64,000 nucleotides of DNA from Paraphysomonas bandaiensis (lineage: Eukaryota > Protista > Chrysophyceae), in contig CBFFRP010000277.1 in NCBI GenBank assembly GCA_965644295.1, positions 124,001 to 188,000 of the forward strand, given 5' to 3'. The notes under the pieces were generated by a model. It was not told where the DNA came from. It searched no databases and saw only the letters and a program-made list of their open reading frames with translations. Positions 12,330 through 24,060 of this stretch are shown here, piece by piece. Position 1 is the first letter of the stretch. Each line of letters opens with the position of its first letter. The position numbers were made by a program, and so were the translations under genes.

Positions 12330-15300
12330 CTAGTCAAAATCAAGTGCAGAAGTAGAATCAATCGTGGATAGCTTGGACGGCGCATGTGCAGTTCCATCAT
12401 CGAGGTGAAAAAATAATATCACAGCCGTAACATTATCAATTGAACCACGCTCAATTGCATCATCGACTAACTCCTGCGCAATAACTTCCGCGTCAACTTT
12501 TTCACCAATTTTTTTCCTCACATAATTTACAGCTAACTGTGGTTGAATTACATCCCAGAGACCATCTGTTGCAATTATGCAGAATTCTGTCATTGGTGTT
12601 ACAATTTCTGTGTATATATCCGGTACTGATATGACTGGCGATTTACTTTTATCAATATCCTTAAATGCTGTGTCACCGTAAGCTCTTGAAATAGCCAGAA
12701 CACCATTCACTCTGCAAAATGTTTTAGTAATACACCCTATAAAACTACATGTCGTTAACCTTTTATTTACAACTGATCCACCAGATTTTAACACTCTATT
12801 AATTTCGTCTGCATCATCTCCCACTCTATGTGTTCGATGAACTGAAACGGCTTTTCCACTTCTGCATAAGACACACATTGAGTCTCCCACATTGGCAATC
12901 GTTAGTTTCCGCGACCTGTGCAGACACGACCATGAGCAATTTGTACTTACAACGTAGTGGATAACTATACCTCCCATCATATACTACAATAACGCCAGTG
13001 CTACCAGAAGAATCTCTCGACTTCCGTAACATATCACATACCTACACCACAGACCCATAAGAATCAAAGCCCACTGACATTTACATTTTCAACCTCATTG
13101 TCTACATCATCGCAAGCATCAAGAATTGCATCGTTCAATGTTTTTGACGCATAAAAGGAACTCTTCTCCAGTAACTTGGAAACGATGTTTTCTGACAAAT
13201 ACTTCGAACACTTGAACCCACTGTGCCCATCAAATACACCGGCGATTGTCACGTACTGCAGATAGACCCTTTGTGGCTCGGTCAGTTGAGGGTGTGATAT
13301 TGCCAGAACGTCATCTCCTATGAAAAAATTTTCACCACAACAAGACAAAGCAACAAAAAAGCGATCTTCCTGGCATTTTCTGCATCCTTGTTCAGAATGA
13401 AACACTCCGCCACAGCCATTTCGAGAATTAATGTAAGAACCCTTGAGAATGACATTGTGAGGGCTGTATGCTTCTATTTGATCAGGTGAAAGCGCCGAAC
13501 CACCTTCCGTCAATGCCGAATTCGAAACTGGTCGCATAGCTAATGTGTCCATCATTTTTTCAAAATCGTTCATGGAAAGCTCCTCTGCTTTATCAGACCC
13601 GTAGTCACTTTTAGCTCTAGATAAATGATCTCTCCTTATCGAACCTTGAGCTGTTACTCCGAACCTACTTTCAATAATTTCGTCTGCGTCAGTATCATCA
13701 TCAGCAGACGAATTTCCACACATATTATCTCCATTCGAGAAGCGAAGATTCTTGGGGTACTGTTCATTTAACTTCGCATTCTTACTTAGAGGTGGCATTC
13801 TGTAGTTGCTTGTCTTAGACATCAGCTTACTCTGAAAATCTCTTGATCGCCGAGCTTGTTCGCTTTCATCCATTCCACCTCTATCGCTTCCCAACTCAGA
13901 TCCAGGAGTAGTTTTCTTTGCATTCGAGGTATTATCGCTCGTTGGAATCGATGAGCTCGACTTCATATTATCGTCTTTACTATCACTGTGATCACTATCG
14001 TCGTCGCTGTCATCATCACTGTCAAATTCTTCGTCATCAACCTTCTCAAATACATCAAGTGCCCAATCTGACGCCATTATATTTTCCTCGCCTTCTCCTG
14101 AATTACAGTCCTCGTCAATTTTATCTTTCTTTTCAACGCCGAAGCCAATGGACTTAAAAACTTCGTCATTATCCACAGTATTAACAGGGCCATTCATTGC
14201 CTTGGCCTCTTCGTCTATATACTTATCCGTTATATGTAACGTGTTCTTTCCTTCGTCTTTACTCATCCCAGCAGACTGTGCATGCATATTAGATCCATAA
14301 CTATCTACTGGTCGAGGCGGTACCCGTAACCACGGGTGTGTTATGACTTGATCCATATTGTACCTCAGTTTAGAGTCTTTCTCAAGCATATTAACGAGTA
14401 GATTCCTTAAACCAGGATCTAACGAACTAGGCGGAAATTCAAGTGGGTCGTTGATAATTTTATTGTAGAGAGCCATGATATTACTCGCAACAAACGGAGG
14501 CTGTCCAAATCGAAGCATATACATTGTTGCACCAATAGCCCATATGTCAGCTAATTGCCCGGAGAATGCCTCTGCCGCAGCACACAGCTCGGGAGACATA
14601 AATGCAGGAGTACCAGCAGCATCAACCAACTTTTGTGTGCTTCCATTTTCCAACATTTTCGAAATACCGAAGTCGGCAATCTTCACAACGCCGTCTTCGC
14701 CGACTAATATATTCTGCATACAACTGTAAAATTTCTCCGCATATAAATTAGCACAACTACCAACCTGTGGTTTGATATCACCATGGACAATATTTTGAAA
14801 GTGCAGATATCGTACTCCTGCAGTAACTTGTTTAAATATAACCCACAACTCGGAATCAGAAAGAGGTGTAAATGTCTTGGAGTTCTTGCGCCTTATTTCT
14901 TTAGAGTCCTTGTCCTTATCATCTTTATCGTCTCTCATCTTGATGAAATTTATTAAATCCCCTCGCTTCATATATTCCAACACGAGGTACATTTTATTCA
15001 CCTACAATAAAAGATATTGACGCACATACGAATGAATACCAAGCATACCTTCGGATCATCTAAAACTTCGAATAAGCGCAAAACATTAGGATGTTGCAAT
15101 TTCTTCATAATGGCAATTTCCCTTTTGATATCTTCAAAATATGTCTCAGACGTATTACCCCCTTTTTTCTTCTTCAGCATCTCCTTAGAAAAAATCTTCA
15201 TAGCAAAAAGTTGATCTGTGGTCCTATCTTTACAAAGCTTAACCTGCACATCACGCATTTTATTAAAGCAACTGAGTGTATACTCCCTTTACCTCCCCAT

Positions 15301-16735
15301 AACTTCCTGTGCCCAAAGTATCCAGCAATATAAAATTGTTAACGATATACCTCTTCTTCAACCAGTCACCAGTTGTAGGCTTGGCATGAGTTAATGTTGA
15401 CGGCAGTTGGGCTCTGTTTCTTTTCACATCTTTTGTTTCTTTGACCTCATGTTGCGTATACTTCGACGATCCACCAGAATGAACAATAGTTGACCCAGGC
15501 ATCATTGTTGTATTAGGCCTGCTAAGAGGTGGGTGAGGACGATTTGTAGGAACTGGCTTTGGTCCTGCAGACGCAAAAATTGGATTGGAAGGAGCTCGCT
15601 TAGGACCTACAGGACCAGCAGTATGATGCATTTGTCTCTGCAAGTTCCTTGGGGGAGGGGCTGGTTTAACAGGTTGTCCGATGCGCTTTGCTTGGCTACT
15701 TTCAATGTTTCCTTTCTTCGGAGGAGGTGTACCAGATGATAGACACTGCTGTGGAAGATTTAGTTTCGGCACATTTTGAGGTCTTTTTTGATCCTCGACC
15801 TCGTCATCATAATTTGTGAAAGTGGCATATAAATCATCGTCCATTTCTGAGGCAGATTTAATCAATTGAGATGGAGTATGCTTCACAGGCGTCTTATCGG
15901 GTGCCGAATTGTCAGACGTGGCGCCTCCCATATACGACTCAAAGTATTTAGACTTTGTGTCTAAGCAACTTTCAATATGTGTTGACTTCATATTCGTATT
16001 CGAGGCGGACCAATCATATAACTCACTCTCCTTCTCGGAAGCCTCATCCGAATCATCACTGTCGTCGCCAACACAACGTAAATTATTCAACCGGTCAATA
16101 TACGAATCTTTTTTCTTTGGTGTCTCGTATATTTTCTGGGTTGAATTGATAACCACTTCATTGTGTGGGTCAGGTCTTGGGTCCAACTGTGATCTAATCT
16201 TTGTGGAATTACTCAATTCCAACTGCTTTGCTTGTTCTTTGCTAGAATTTGAGTGTGTTGGATCGCGACACACTTTCTCAGGAGTATAAACGACATTATG
16301 ACCGATCGGAACTTGATGTTTGGAGATGGGACTCGACTGTGCGGTAATGTGACGGGGCTTTACGGAAGGTGGAGGTGGGCGACTCGGCTTCTTTACGCTT
16401 GTATTTTGGGGGGTTGATGGCTTACATTCAGGCTTCATAGTGTCCTTATCACACATTTTGCAATCTCCAACATCGCTTTTGCCACTGCTCTCTGAGTTCC
16501 ATCCGACCGTCGCCTGTTTACTCTTTTTTATTTCACTGAGTTTACTGTCGTATTCCCTTTTGTGATCACCCCACTGAGGCACGCTGTCACCAAGAGCAAG
16601 TTCTTTCATATCAACTGCTGGCGGATTGAGTTTAGGTCCTTCAACATTACTGCCAGTGTCAGGAGAGGCTTCCTTTTTACTCTCTGCACCGACTACATTT
16701 ATTTCCTTTTTGCTCGTAGATGCGGCACCTCCCAT
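12330..16735 (-). CDS. N-myristoylated CAMKK-like Ser/Thr kinase fused to a C-terminal PP2C (PPM) phosphatase
   Basis: MGGAAS start. Kinase motifs LGTGSYGEV, FAMK, HGDIKPQN, DFG, GTPAFMSPE. PP2C motifs QGCRKCQEDR, GVFDGHSG, ANVGDS, RAYGD, ATDGLWD, SIDNVT. The kinase C-lobe and PP2C start lie in one ORF (13064-15001). Confidence 0.9.
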
Positions 16736-17489
16736 ACTCAACAGCAAATCAGTGCGCAGTAACCTACAAGTTACTCACTATGCAATATACGTAGAACTAT
16801 TGTCAAAGCAAGGCACTCTACAATGCCACTTCCAGATGATCAGTAACCATGACTTTGCACCTAACGCCAAAAAAAGACGATCACAGTGTCTAGAAGTACA
16901 TGTTCATAACTTCCGGTTCAGGACAGCTAACACGTGCACTATGTAGATCAGATTTAAAAGATATACACAATATTACTATTCGTCGGGTCTACTCCTGTAT
17001 GCGTATGAATGGCCCTCTGTGAACACTATTATCATACTTCACAATTAAATCAATCCAAAGACTACCTGTGAGGACCAGAGTGAATGTCTTTGAGGATACA
17101 GTAGTGCTACCACGACCACTTCTTTAGTTCCCTGATCTATATCTGCCCTTCACTGGTGTGATCCTTTCTCTTAAAGTGTTAGTTAATGAGGGCTGTAGCA
17201 TCTCTAGTAAAACGGCATTCCCAGCATCTGGACCTACCCCGACTACAGTATGTATTCATGCTGTAGTCCTTTTACCTTAAGATATTTCCACATATACTAC
17301 AGACTACAGCTAAATACGGCAGAGCATTGTACGTAGTTGGTGTATGTATGCACAGAGTGTGTATGTGGTTTGGTAGTTGTGCTTCCTGATAGGGCTGCAA
17401 GGACGATGAGGTTGAGAAGATGGTTTAACACCATAATATACCATCACTGTGGTCCATTAGGAATATTTCAATTTTACCGAGCAATTTGA

Positions 17490-18140
17490 ATGCAAATGGA
17501 CAGTGAATCCAGTGGATTTGTTGATTCGTTATCGAGAAAGTGGCAGTATATATTGGATAAGTCGAGTCCACAAATTACCCTGCGATGGTCAATCATGGCT
17601 GCTTTTACTTGCATGTATGTGCTTCGCGTTTACCTTATAAACGGATGGTATATTGTGACATATGGGCTTGGTATTTATCTCCTTAATCAGCTTATTGGGT
17701 TTCTGTCTCCTCAGGTATCATTCGAACATGATTTCCTGTTGACCATTTGACTTTGCATGCTTCTTTATACAGTTTGACCCCGAAGTTGGTGATGGTGATA
17801 TGAGCCTTCCCACAAGAGAAGGAGACGAATTTAGGTAACATGTAAAGTACTAATTATGTGCAATCTAAGTGCATATTTCAGGCCTTTTGCAAGGCGATTA
17901 CCAGAATTTAAGTTTTGGTATTCGTGCACCCGAGCAGTTGCACTTGCTTTTTTCATGACATTCTTTGAAGTCTTTGATGTCCCTGTATTTTGGCCTATTC
18001 TACTTTTGTACTTCATAGTCTTGTTTTTCCTAACGATGAAGCGGCAAATAAAGCATATGATAAAGCACAAATATGTGCCTTGGAGCTGGGGAAAGCAAAA
18101 ATATAACACAAAGAATTCCGTAAATCATGCGAAAAAGTAA
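17490..18140 (+). CDS. RER1: RER1 ER-retrieval receptor, 3 exons
   Basis: [55 protein letters not shown]; two GT-AG introns. Confidence 0.95.
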
Positions 18141-19031
18141 TTAGATATTGCCCATTTCGCACACTATATTTCTGATCATTGAATTTAAGTAAAAGTGATA
18201 GCGTCCTGCGAAATTATTACACTTTATCTCTTGTACTTTTTTCTGCATACTTACTGGAAGTATACCGTTACTTCTTGTGGCAACGCAAACAACCCTTACA
18301 TTAATGAGGTGAGATTATTCACCCCCCTAATTGCGGAAAAATTTTAGGATAAACTTTCCACAGGAATTTTGTTTGTGAAGTATGAATCATGAATACTATC
18401 TCTCATAACTATTCGCCAACTTTCTTCTTACATACTACAAAGGTAAATATCTGTCGTATATGTGTTATGATAAGTTCGAAAAGACGAGGAGGAGAGTCAA
18501 GCGCTTATTACCCCACCTCCCATAGATCATAGACCATAGAGGCTTCTCTCGTTAATAGTTTACGTTTATAGCCTTTACATCTGATATTTTCATTAACTTT
18601 GGACACATTTTATCTATACTTGTTTTATCTTTTCAGTTGTAACTTTTTGACAAAACAATTGTCAAAGTCATGTGACATGTCTTCTATTTTCTCGTCATCT
18701 TCAACTCCTTTTCAACTGCAACTTTTATTTTTTTCAATGGTTTTGCAACGTTGCTATCTATGTCACAAGAGTTAATTGCATTAATATGTTTATCGTGTTG
18801 CATTTTTCATGAAAATGGAACTCCTAAATAATAAATAATTGACGAAGCACAGTTTCTGTTGAAGTGACAGATCGTCTAATAATATATCATTAGTAAGAAC
18901 TGCAACAACTCCATCGGAAGTATTAAATAAGAGATACATTATGAAATACTTTGCATATTATTATCACTATCTGAACAAGCGAATGCATTGCAATGAACAG
19001 TGCAGCAGCAAAACAAATGTTCTCTGTCAAA

Positions 19032-19982
19032 CTACGCTTTGAATACATTTAGACTTGACAATTCATCAGCAGGGGGCTGAATTGTCTGCAGCATTTCCTC
19101 GCGACGGCGCTTGTGATTAGCCCTATCCACAAATTGGTTCCTGTACCAAATATTAGTTCCCTATTACCGTGTTTCATATAGTTTCAACGTACCCTTTCCT
19201 TTTCCTGACAGATGCTCTCTCCTCGTTAGGAGAAACAAAAGCTGGGTTACTATACACAGTTGCGCCGCCAAGCGAGCCACTAAATATCCTTATCGGAATA
19301 AGCACCATTCTGGGCCCGATTTCAATGAGTTGAGTATCCTTTTCACCTTTATCAGATTTATTTAGTATTTGATAGTTTCGGATCCCTTAAAGCAATTGTG
19401 AGACATGTCGCAAATACATCTGTACAACTTACATATGTTGTTCTTGACAACATAAAAGCACATAATTCTGTCTACGAAAGGCTTAGATTTGGGATGCCCA
19501 AGAGGGGTTCCAAAGGCATCGTTCAGTAGACATTTCAGCACGCGCATGTGTGGGGATTCGTCAAAATGACTGTCGAAATTAAGAAGTGGACGAGATCCAA
19601 GCATACAATTCCCAGTGAGCTTCAGTTCATCCATTGTATGTATATTAACAACATGAAATTTCGCACTGGGCCCATCAGGTGTTTTCGCAATATGCATGTA
19701 CAGGTCTTGTCTCTTCCTACATTCCAAGTAAAGAATCTGATTGCAACTACGCATCTCAGCGATATCATTTATGGCCTGAATATCCCCCTTAGAGTCAAGT
19801 TTGTTGTCTTTCTTGTGATGGGGTATTAACTTCTTTAAATCCTCCATTAGGTGTCGAAATCTTGCATTGATACCTCTGGAGGCGATGATCAACACTCTCT
19901 GCTTATTCGTGTATGCCACAGGCTTGGCTTTCTTCTCCTCTGATTTCGCAGCGGAATTACCTTTTTGTGCGCGCTTTATCAT
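19032..19982 (-). CDS. BRX1: Brix-domain ribosome biogenesis protein BRX1, 3 exons
   Basis: NKQRVLIIASRGI, HTMDELKLTGNC, HPKSKPFVD; spliced IWIRNYQI...EIGPR. Confidence 0.92.
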
Positions 19983-20425
19983 AATGACTTGCTCTTATTT
20001 AATATGATTATAGTATATTAAAGTACACGATATGGTGTGATTGGAGTGCACACGCAGTTCAGTGACTCACCAACCAATAATTACTTCTGTACACTTTGTA
20101 GCTAAAATACTGACTACTCCCCATACATATTAGTACATCTGTATGTACTATACCTACTGCTGTATATGCGTATATGAGCTATATATCCCTGCTTTTTATG
20201 AGGTTGAAATATACTGTTGGACGAGATGGGCGACAGATGAATGGTGCATAAAAAAAGGATGCTGGACTTGTTTTTTATTCTGTTTTTTGTGGCCTTTTAT
20301 GCGTATGCTGTGTGTTAAGTATGAAAAGCGCCGTTTATACATCTCACCTCCATTCAATTACTGTACTGTGGATTATTCATTACTTAAACTCTGTTCACTT
20401 ACTCTGTTGGAGAATCCTAGTTACC

Positions 20426-21519
20426 ATGACTGTTGCAGATGGTAAGAAGTCGAGATCAAAGCGTGTGGAGCGCATATTAAAGAAAAGAGAGCCCTTGCTG
20501 ATTGAGAACACTAAGAAGGTTCTTGTTTTAAGGGGACACAGAACCAGCCAGAATATTATCGATGTATTGAAAGATGTGGTAAGTTAGCTAGAATTCTATT
20601 GTTTTTTGTGGTTATTCTCCTGTAGTCGAAGTTGTCCAAACCCCATACGAAAAGCCTTTCACGCAAAAACGACATTCATCCTCTGGAAGATTGCAACTCG
20701 CTGGAATTTCTTTGCGACAAAAATGATTGTTCATTATTTGCATTAGGTTCGCATTCAAAAAAGAGGCCCCACAACTTGGTGTTGGTATGCGTGCGAATGT
20801 TTGATATCTTGGAGATAAACTTTCTTTTAGGGTCGTCTCCACAATAAGCACGTTCTCGATGTTGTAGAATTCGGTGTTGATAATTTCCGACCGATTGAGA
20901 GTTTTGCTGGTATATCAAAAGCTATCGGATCGAAACCTGCTTTCGTGTTTGTTGGTGACAACTGGGAAGTAGACTCGACACTTTCACGCGTCCAAAATCT
21001 CATTATAGGTCATTTCAGTCGCTGTTGTCTACTCGTATTCACACTGTTGTTACAGATTTTTTCAGAGGAGATAAAGTTGATATGCTTTCTCTGAAAGGAC
21101 TGGATCATGTTATTGCGTGTTTTTCACACGAGGGGGTTATATTGATGCGGCTCTATGCATTAAACTTCAAAAAGTCTGGCAGCAAAGTACGTTTGTGTAC
21201 CGATTGTGTGCTGTTGTCATCAATGTTCGACAGATTCCGCTTTCAACTCTTGCTCCGATGGGGCCGTTTATGGACTTGACCATTAGAAGGACCACGTTAG
21301 CTCCGAACGATATGTTTGATGCAGCTTGTAGGATCCCTAAAGAGTAAGGCGTTCCGTTGGTTGTGTATTTGTATTGATTGTTGTCGCAGACTAAAAGCTA
21401 AGAGTAGAAAGAATGTTACCAAATCAGGTATAGGAGAGTCTATTGGTCGTGTTCACATGAAGAAGCAAAACTTCGATGGGCTGCCTGGAAGAAAGATTGC
21501 AGTGTTGCGCAAGAAGTAG
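20426..21519 (+). CDS. RPF2: Brix-domain ribosome production factor RPF2, multi-exon
   Basis: KKREPLLIENTK, KNDIHPLED, KNDCSLF..GSHSKKRPHNL, MGPFMDL; GT-AG introns. Confidence 0.92.
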
Positions 21520-21895
21520 TATTTCTATAGTCGTTTTAAGTTTGGCATGAAATCGTGTAAGAAAGGAGATATTTATGTGCGAGACATTATCTTACTATTT
21601 TCCTGTAACCGGTTACAGTAGTTGTATTAATTGAATTGACTGTTTTTAAGTGCTACGATTGAGTAGACGAGATAGTTCTGTGGGAAGAGAATTCAGCAAC
21701 GAAGTAGATCAAGGAGAGTATTGCAAACTATAAATATAACGGCCAATGTCGAAAGGCTGACGAAAGAACATGGCGGCTGCTTCGACCTCCACATGATAGT
21801 GCTTAACGTTTAAAGAATGCAATTCATCATTTATATATTACTGTCATTGCGCATGAAAGAGGAACCTTAGCTAAGCGAACGACCAAAATTTTATG

Positions 21896-23749
21896 TCAAT
21901 GTAATGCCGGCTTTGGTAATAATCGAGGGTGGTTAACTAGATGTTCTCCAATTTTTGACCCTCTCTTAACAACGACATAGAAGACATAAGTAACAAACAA
22001 AGCAGTGACAACGCAAGAAACTATCAAGTGCCTAGTTAATGAATCATTTGATGAGATTCGGCCGGAAATTCTCGACGCCACTATAAGTAAGCCTGTAAAT
22101 ATTAACACTAAAAGAACGAACGCCTTATTCAAGTTTTCGCATAACGAGTCTGTCTCTGTGTATCGTTGCGAAAAAGGAGATGGAGCGGACACGTCAGGAT
22201 GATAATTTCCAACCAGAAGATCAATAGCATCCTGTTTCTCACCATCAAGGAAATTGTTGATATAATACCGAACACAAGAATTGACACCATCCTTTAACAT
22301 TCCCTGTAGTGTTCGCTTCCCAGTTTTCGTGAAATCAACTTTTAGAGCCCCAGTCCCCGCGTACAAAATAGACATTTCATTCGCATGAGCAACCCATACA
22401 CTTTTATATATACTTTCAAATTTACTGAATGGCAGCTCCAACACCTTTTCACCTTTCATAATATCTGTCCTCCCTATTTGCATAAGAATCGCACGACGAG
22501 CAAACACTGATTGGACAACGTTAGTACGGTCTAGGTTGTCCATACAATTCGTACGAAACACACCGTTCTGCCATGAAGTAATCTCGCCAGAGCCCAAACG
22601 ACAAAAATAGGATTGTGACGTAAACACATCATCTAAATGAAAAACAAGTTTCGAAATGTTATTCCACTTCCCCTTTAATCTACACTCGTGGTGAAAATCA
22701 AACCAAACATATTGCATCTGAGTAGAAATATTTCGTTGGACTCTATCAACCACTTCTTTAAACTCAACTGCAAGTTTTCCTTGATCATTTTTCCCATCAA
22801 CAAGGTTTATGAACACCACACTGCATGCTCCGGTAGCATCTGAGCAATCATTGACGACATCATTTACATGTTTTTCACACCACTCAATTGATTTATATCT
22901 GTCATCAGATATAAACACCTTAGGATCATACTTCATATGAACAGGGGATGCCCAACTCACAGGTATTGAGCCTCTTATCTGTACATGTGAACAAACCTTT
23001 CCATTTGGAAATATTAAAATTTGTTCGGTTTCGACATAATTGGCAACATATCCTAACTCATCGACTCCACGTCTCGTAAACCTACACCCTTGGCGCATGC
23101 GCGATCTCCTTGAAATGAGAAGTAGAGTAAATTTCTCGTCATCAACTTCACACCCAGGTCGGAAATCTATGTAAGCGGACATAAAAGGTACTATCCACTC
23201 ATCAGCGCGGCAACTGATCATATCCATAACTGAATCTCGATTCCAAAAAAACTTCACATTGGCTCTCATCCAGATGGGATCTAAACGGCGCTTCACATTC
23301 AATCTGGAAAGTCGCTGCTGAGTAGACGTAACGTCGTAAAAATACGAGAAAAAAAAAGTATGCATTTTGAATGCAGAATGTAGCAACTGCAGATATTTAT
23401 CCTCGTCTCGCTGTTTGTTTTCTGATAGAAGTCTCCCATTTCGAAATAGCGGCACCACCACCACTTTTAGAGCCTTACGAATCTCAATACCATTGCATGC
23501 AACAAAGCTTTCTGACTCTACTACTAATGCCACATATGGTCCACTGAGAAGGTCGTAAAATCCAAAAATAGCTTCAATCGGTAAAGTGTGATACTGCCCA
23601 CCGATATCTGCTAACTGGGCTCGATCACAAACTTGCATGTCACGCGACCACCCTTCTTTTATTTGCGTAACCACTAAACATGATCCTGTCTCCAAGTTTT
23701 CAAACACAGCTCTGGTGCCATAAGTTTTTAGCACGCGACCCTTCGTCAT
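21896..23749 (-). CDS. SAC1: SAC1-family phosphoinositide phosphatase, intronless
   Basis: RRG...ANYVETEQ, QIRGSIP, catalytic RTNCMDNLDRTN (CX5RT), two C-terminal TM helices. Confidence 0.92.
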   Translation of the reverse strand: MTKGRVLKTYGTRAVFENLETGSCLVVTQIKEGWSRDMQVCDRAQLADIGGQYHTLPIEAIFGFYDLLSGPYVALVVESESFVACNGIEIRKALKVVVVPLFRNGRLLSENKQRDEDKYLQLLHSAFKMHTFFFSYFYDVTSTQQRLSRLNVKRRLDPIWMRANVKFFWNRDSVMDMISCRADEWIVPFMSAYIDFRPGCEVDDEKFTLLLISRRSRMRQGCRFTRRGVDELGYVANYVETEQILIFPNGKVCSHVQIRGSIPVSWASPVHMKYDPKVFISDDRYKSIEWCEKHVNDVVNDCSDATGACSVVFINLVDGKNDQGKLAVEFKEVVDRVQRNISTQMQYVWFDFHHECRLKGKWNNISKLVFHLDDVFTSQSYFCRLGSGEITSWQNGVFRTNCMDNLDRTNVVQSVFARRAILMQIGRTDIMKGEKVLELPFSKFESIYKSVWVAHANEMSILYAGTGALKVDFTKTGKRTLQGMLKDGVNSCVRYYINNFLDGEKQDAIDLLVGNYHPDVSAPSPFSQRYTETDSLCENLNKAFVLLVLIFTGLLIVASRISGRISSNDSLTRHLIVSCVVTALFVTYVFYVVVKRGSKIGEHLVNHPRLLPKPALH

Positions 23750-24060
23750 CGACCAATCACAATACCCTGTCCTAAGGACCTCTCGCTTAATAGAGTTTTC
23801 GTTAGATAGAAACAGAGGATTATCAGCAATTCAAGCGCTTAAATTACTGGTGAACAGCAAGTACTGACACAGTCTGATACAGTAATGTAATTAGCTCTTC
23901 CTGTCTATTGAGGGGTGTTGGTCATGCAGTGTGTTAGTATCTATCTTCCACAGCAATATTAGGTAGAGAGGATGAGTACAGCAGTATTTGTGGGGGTAGT
24001 TCTATGTATTCGCCTCTGCTGTTTATGGTTTGAACCTCTCTGCTGTGCACAGCAGTATTC

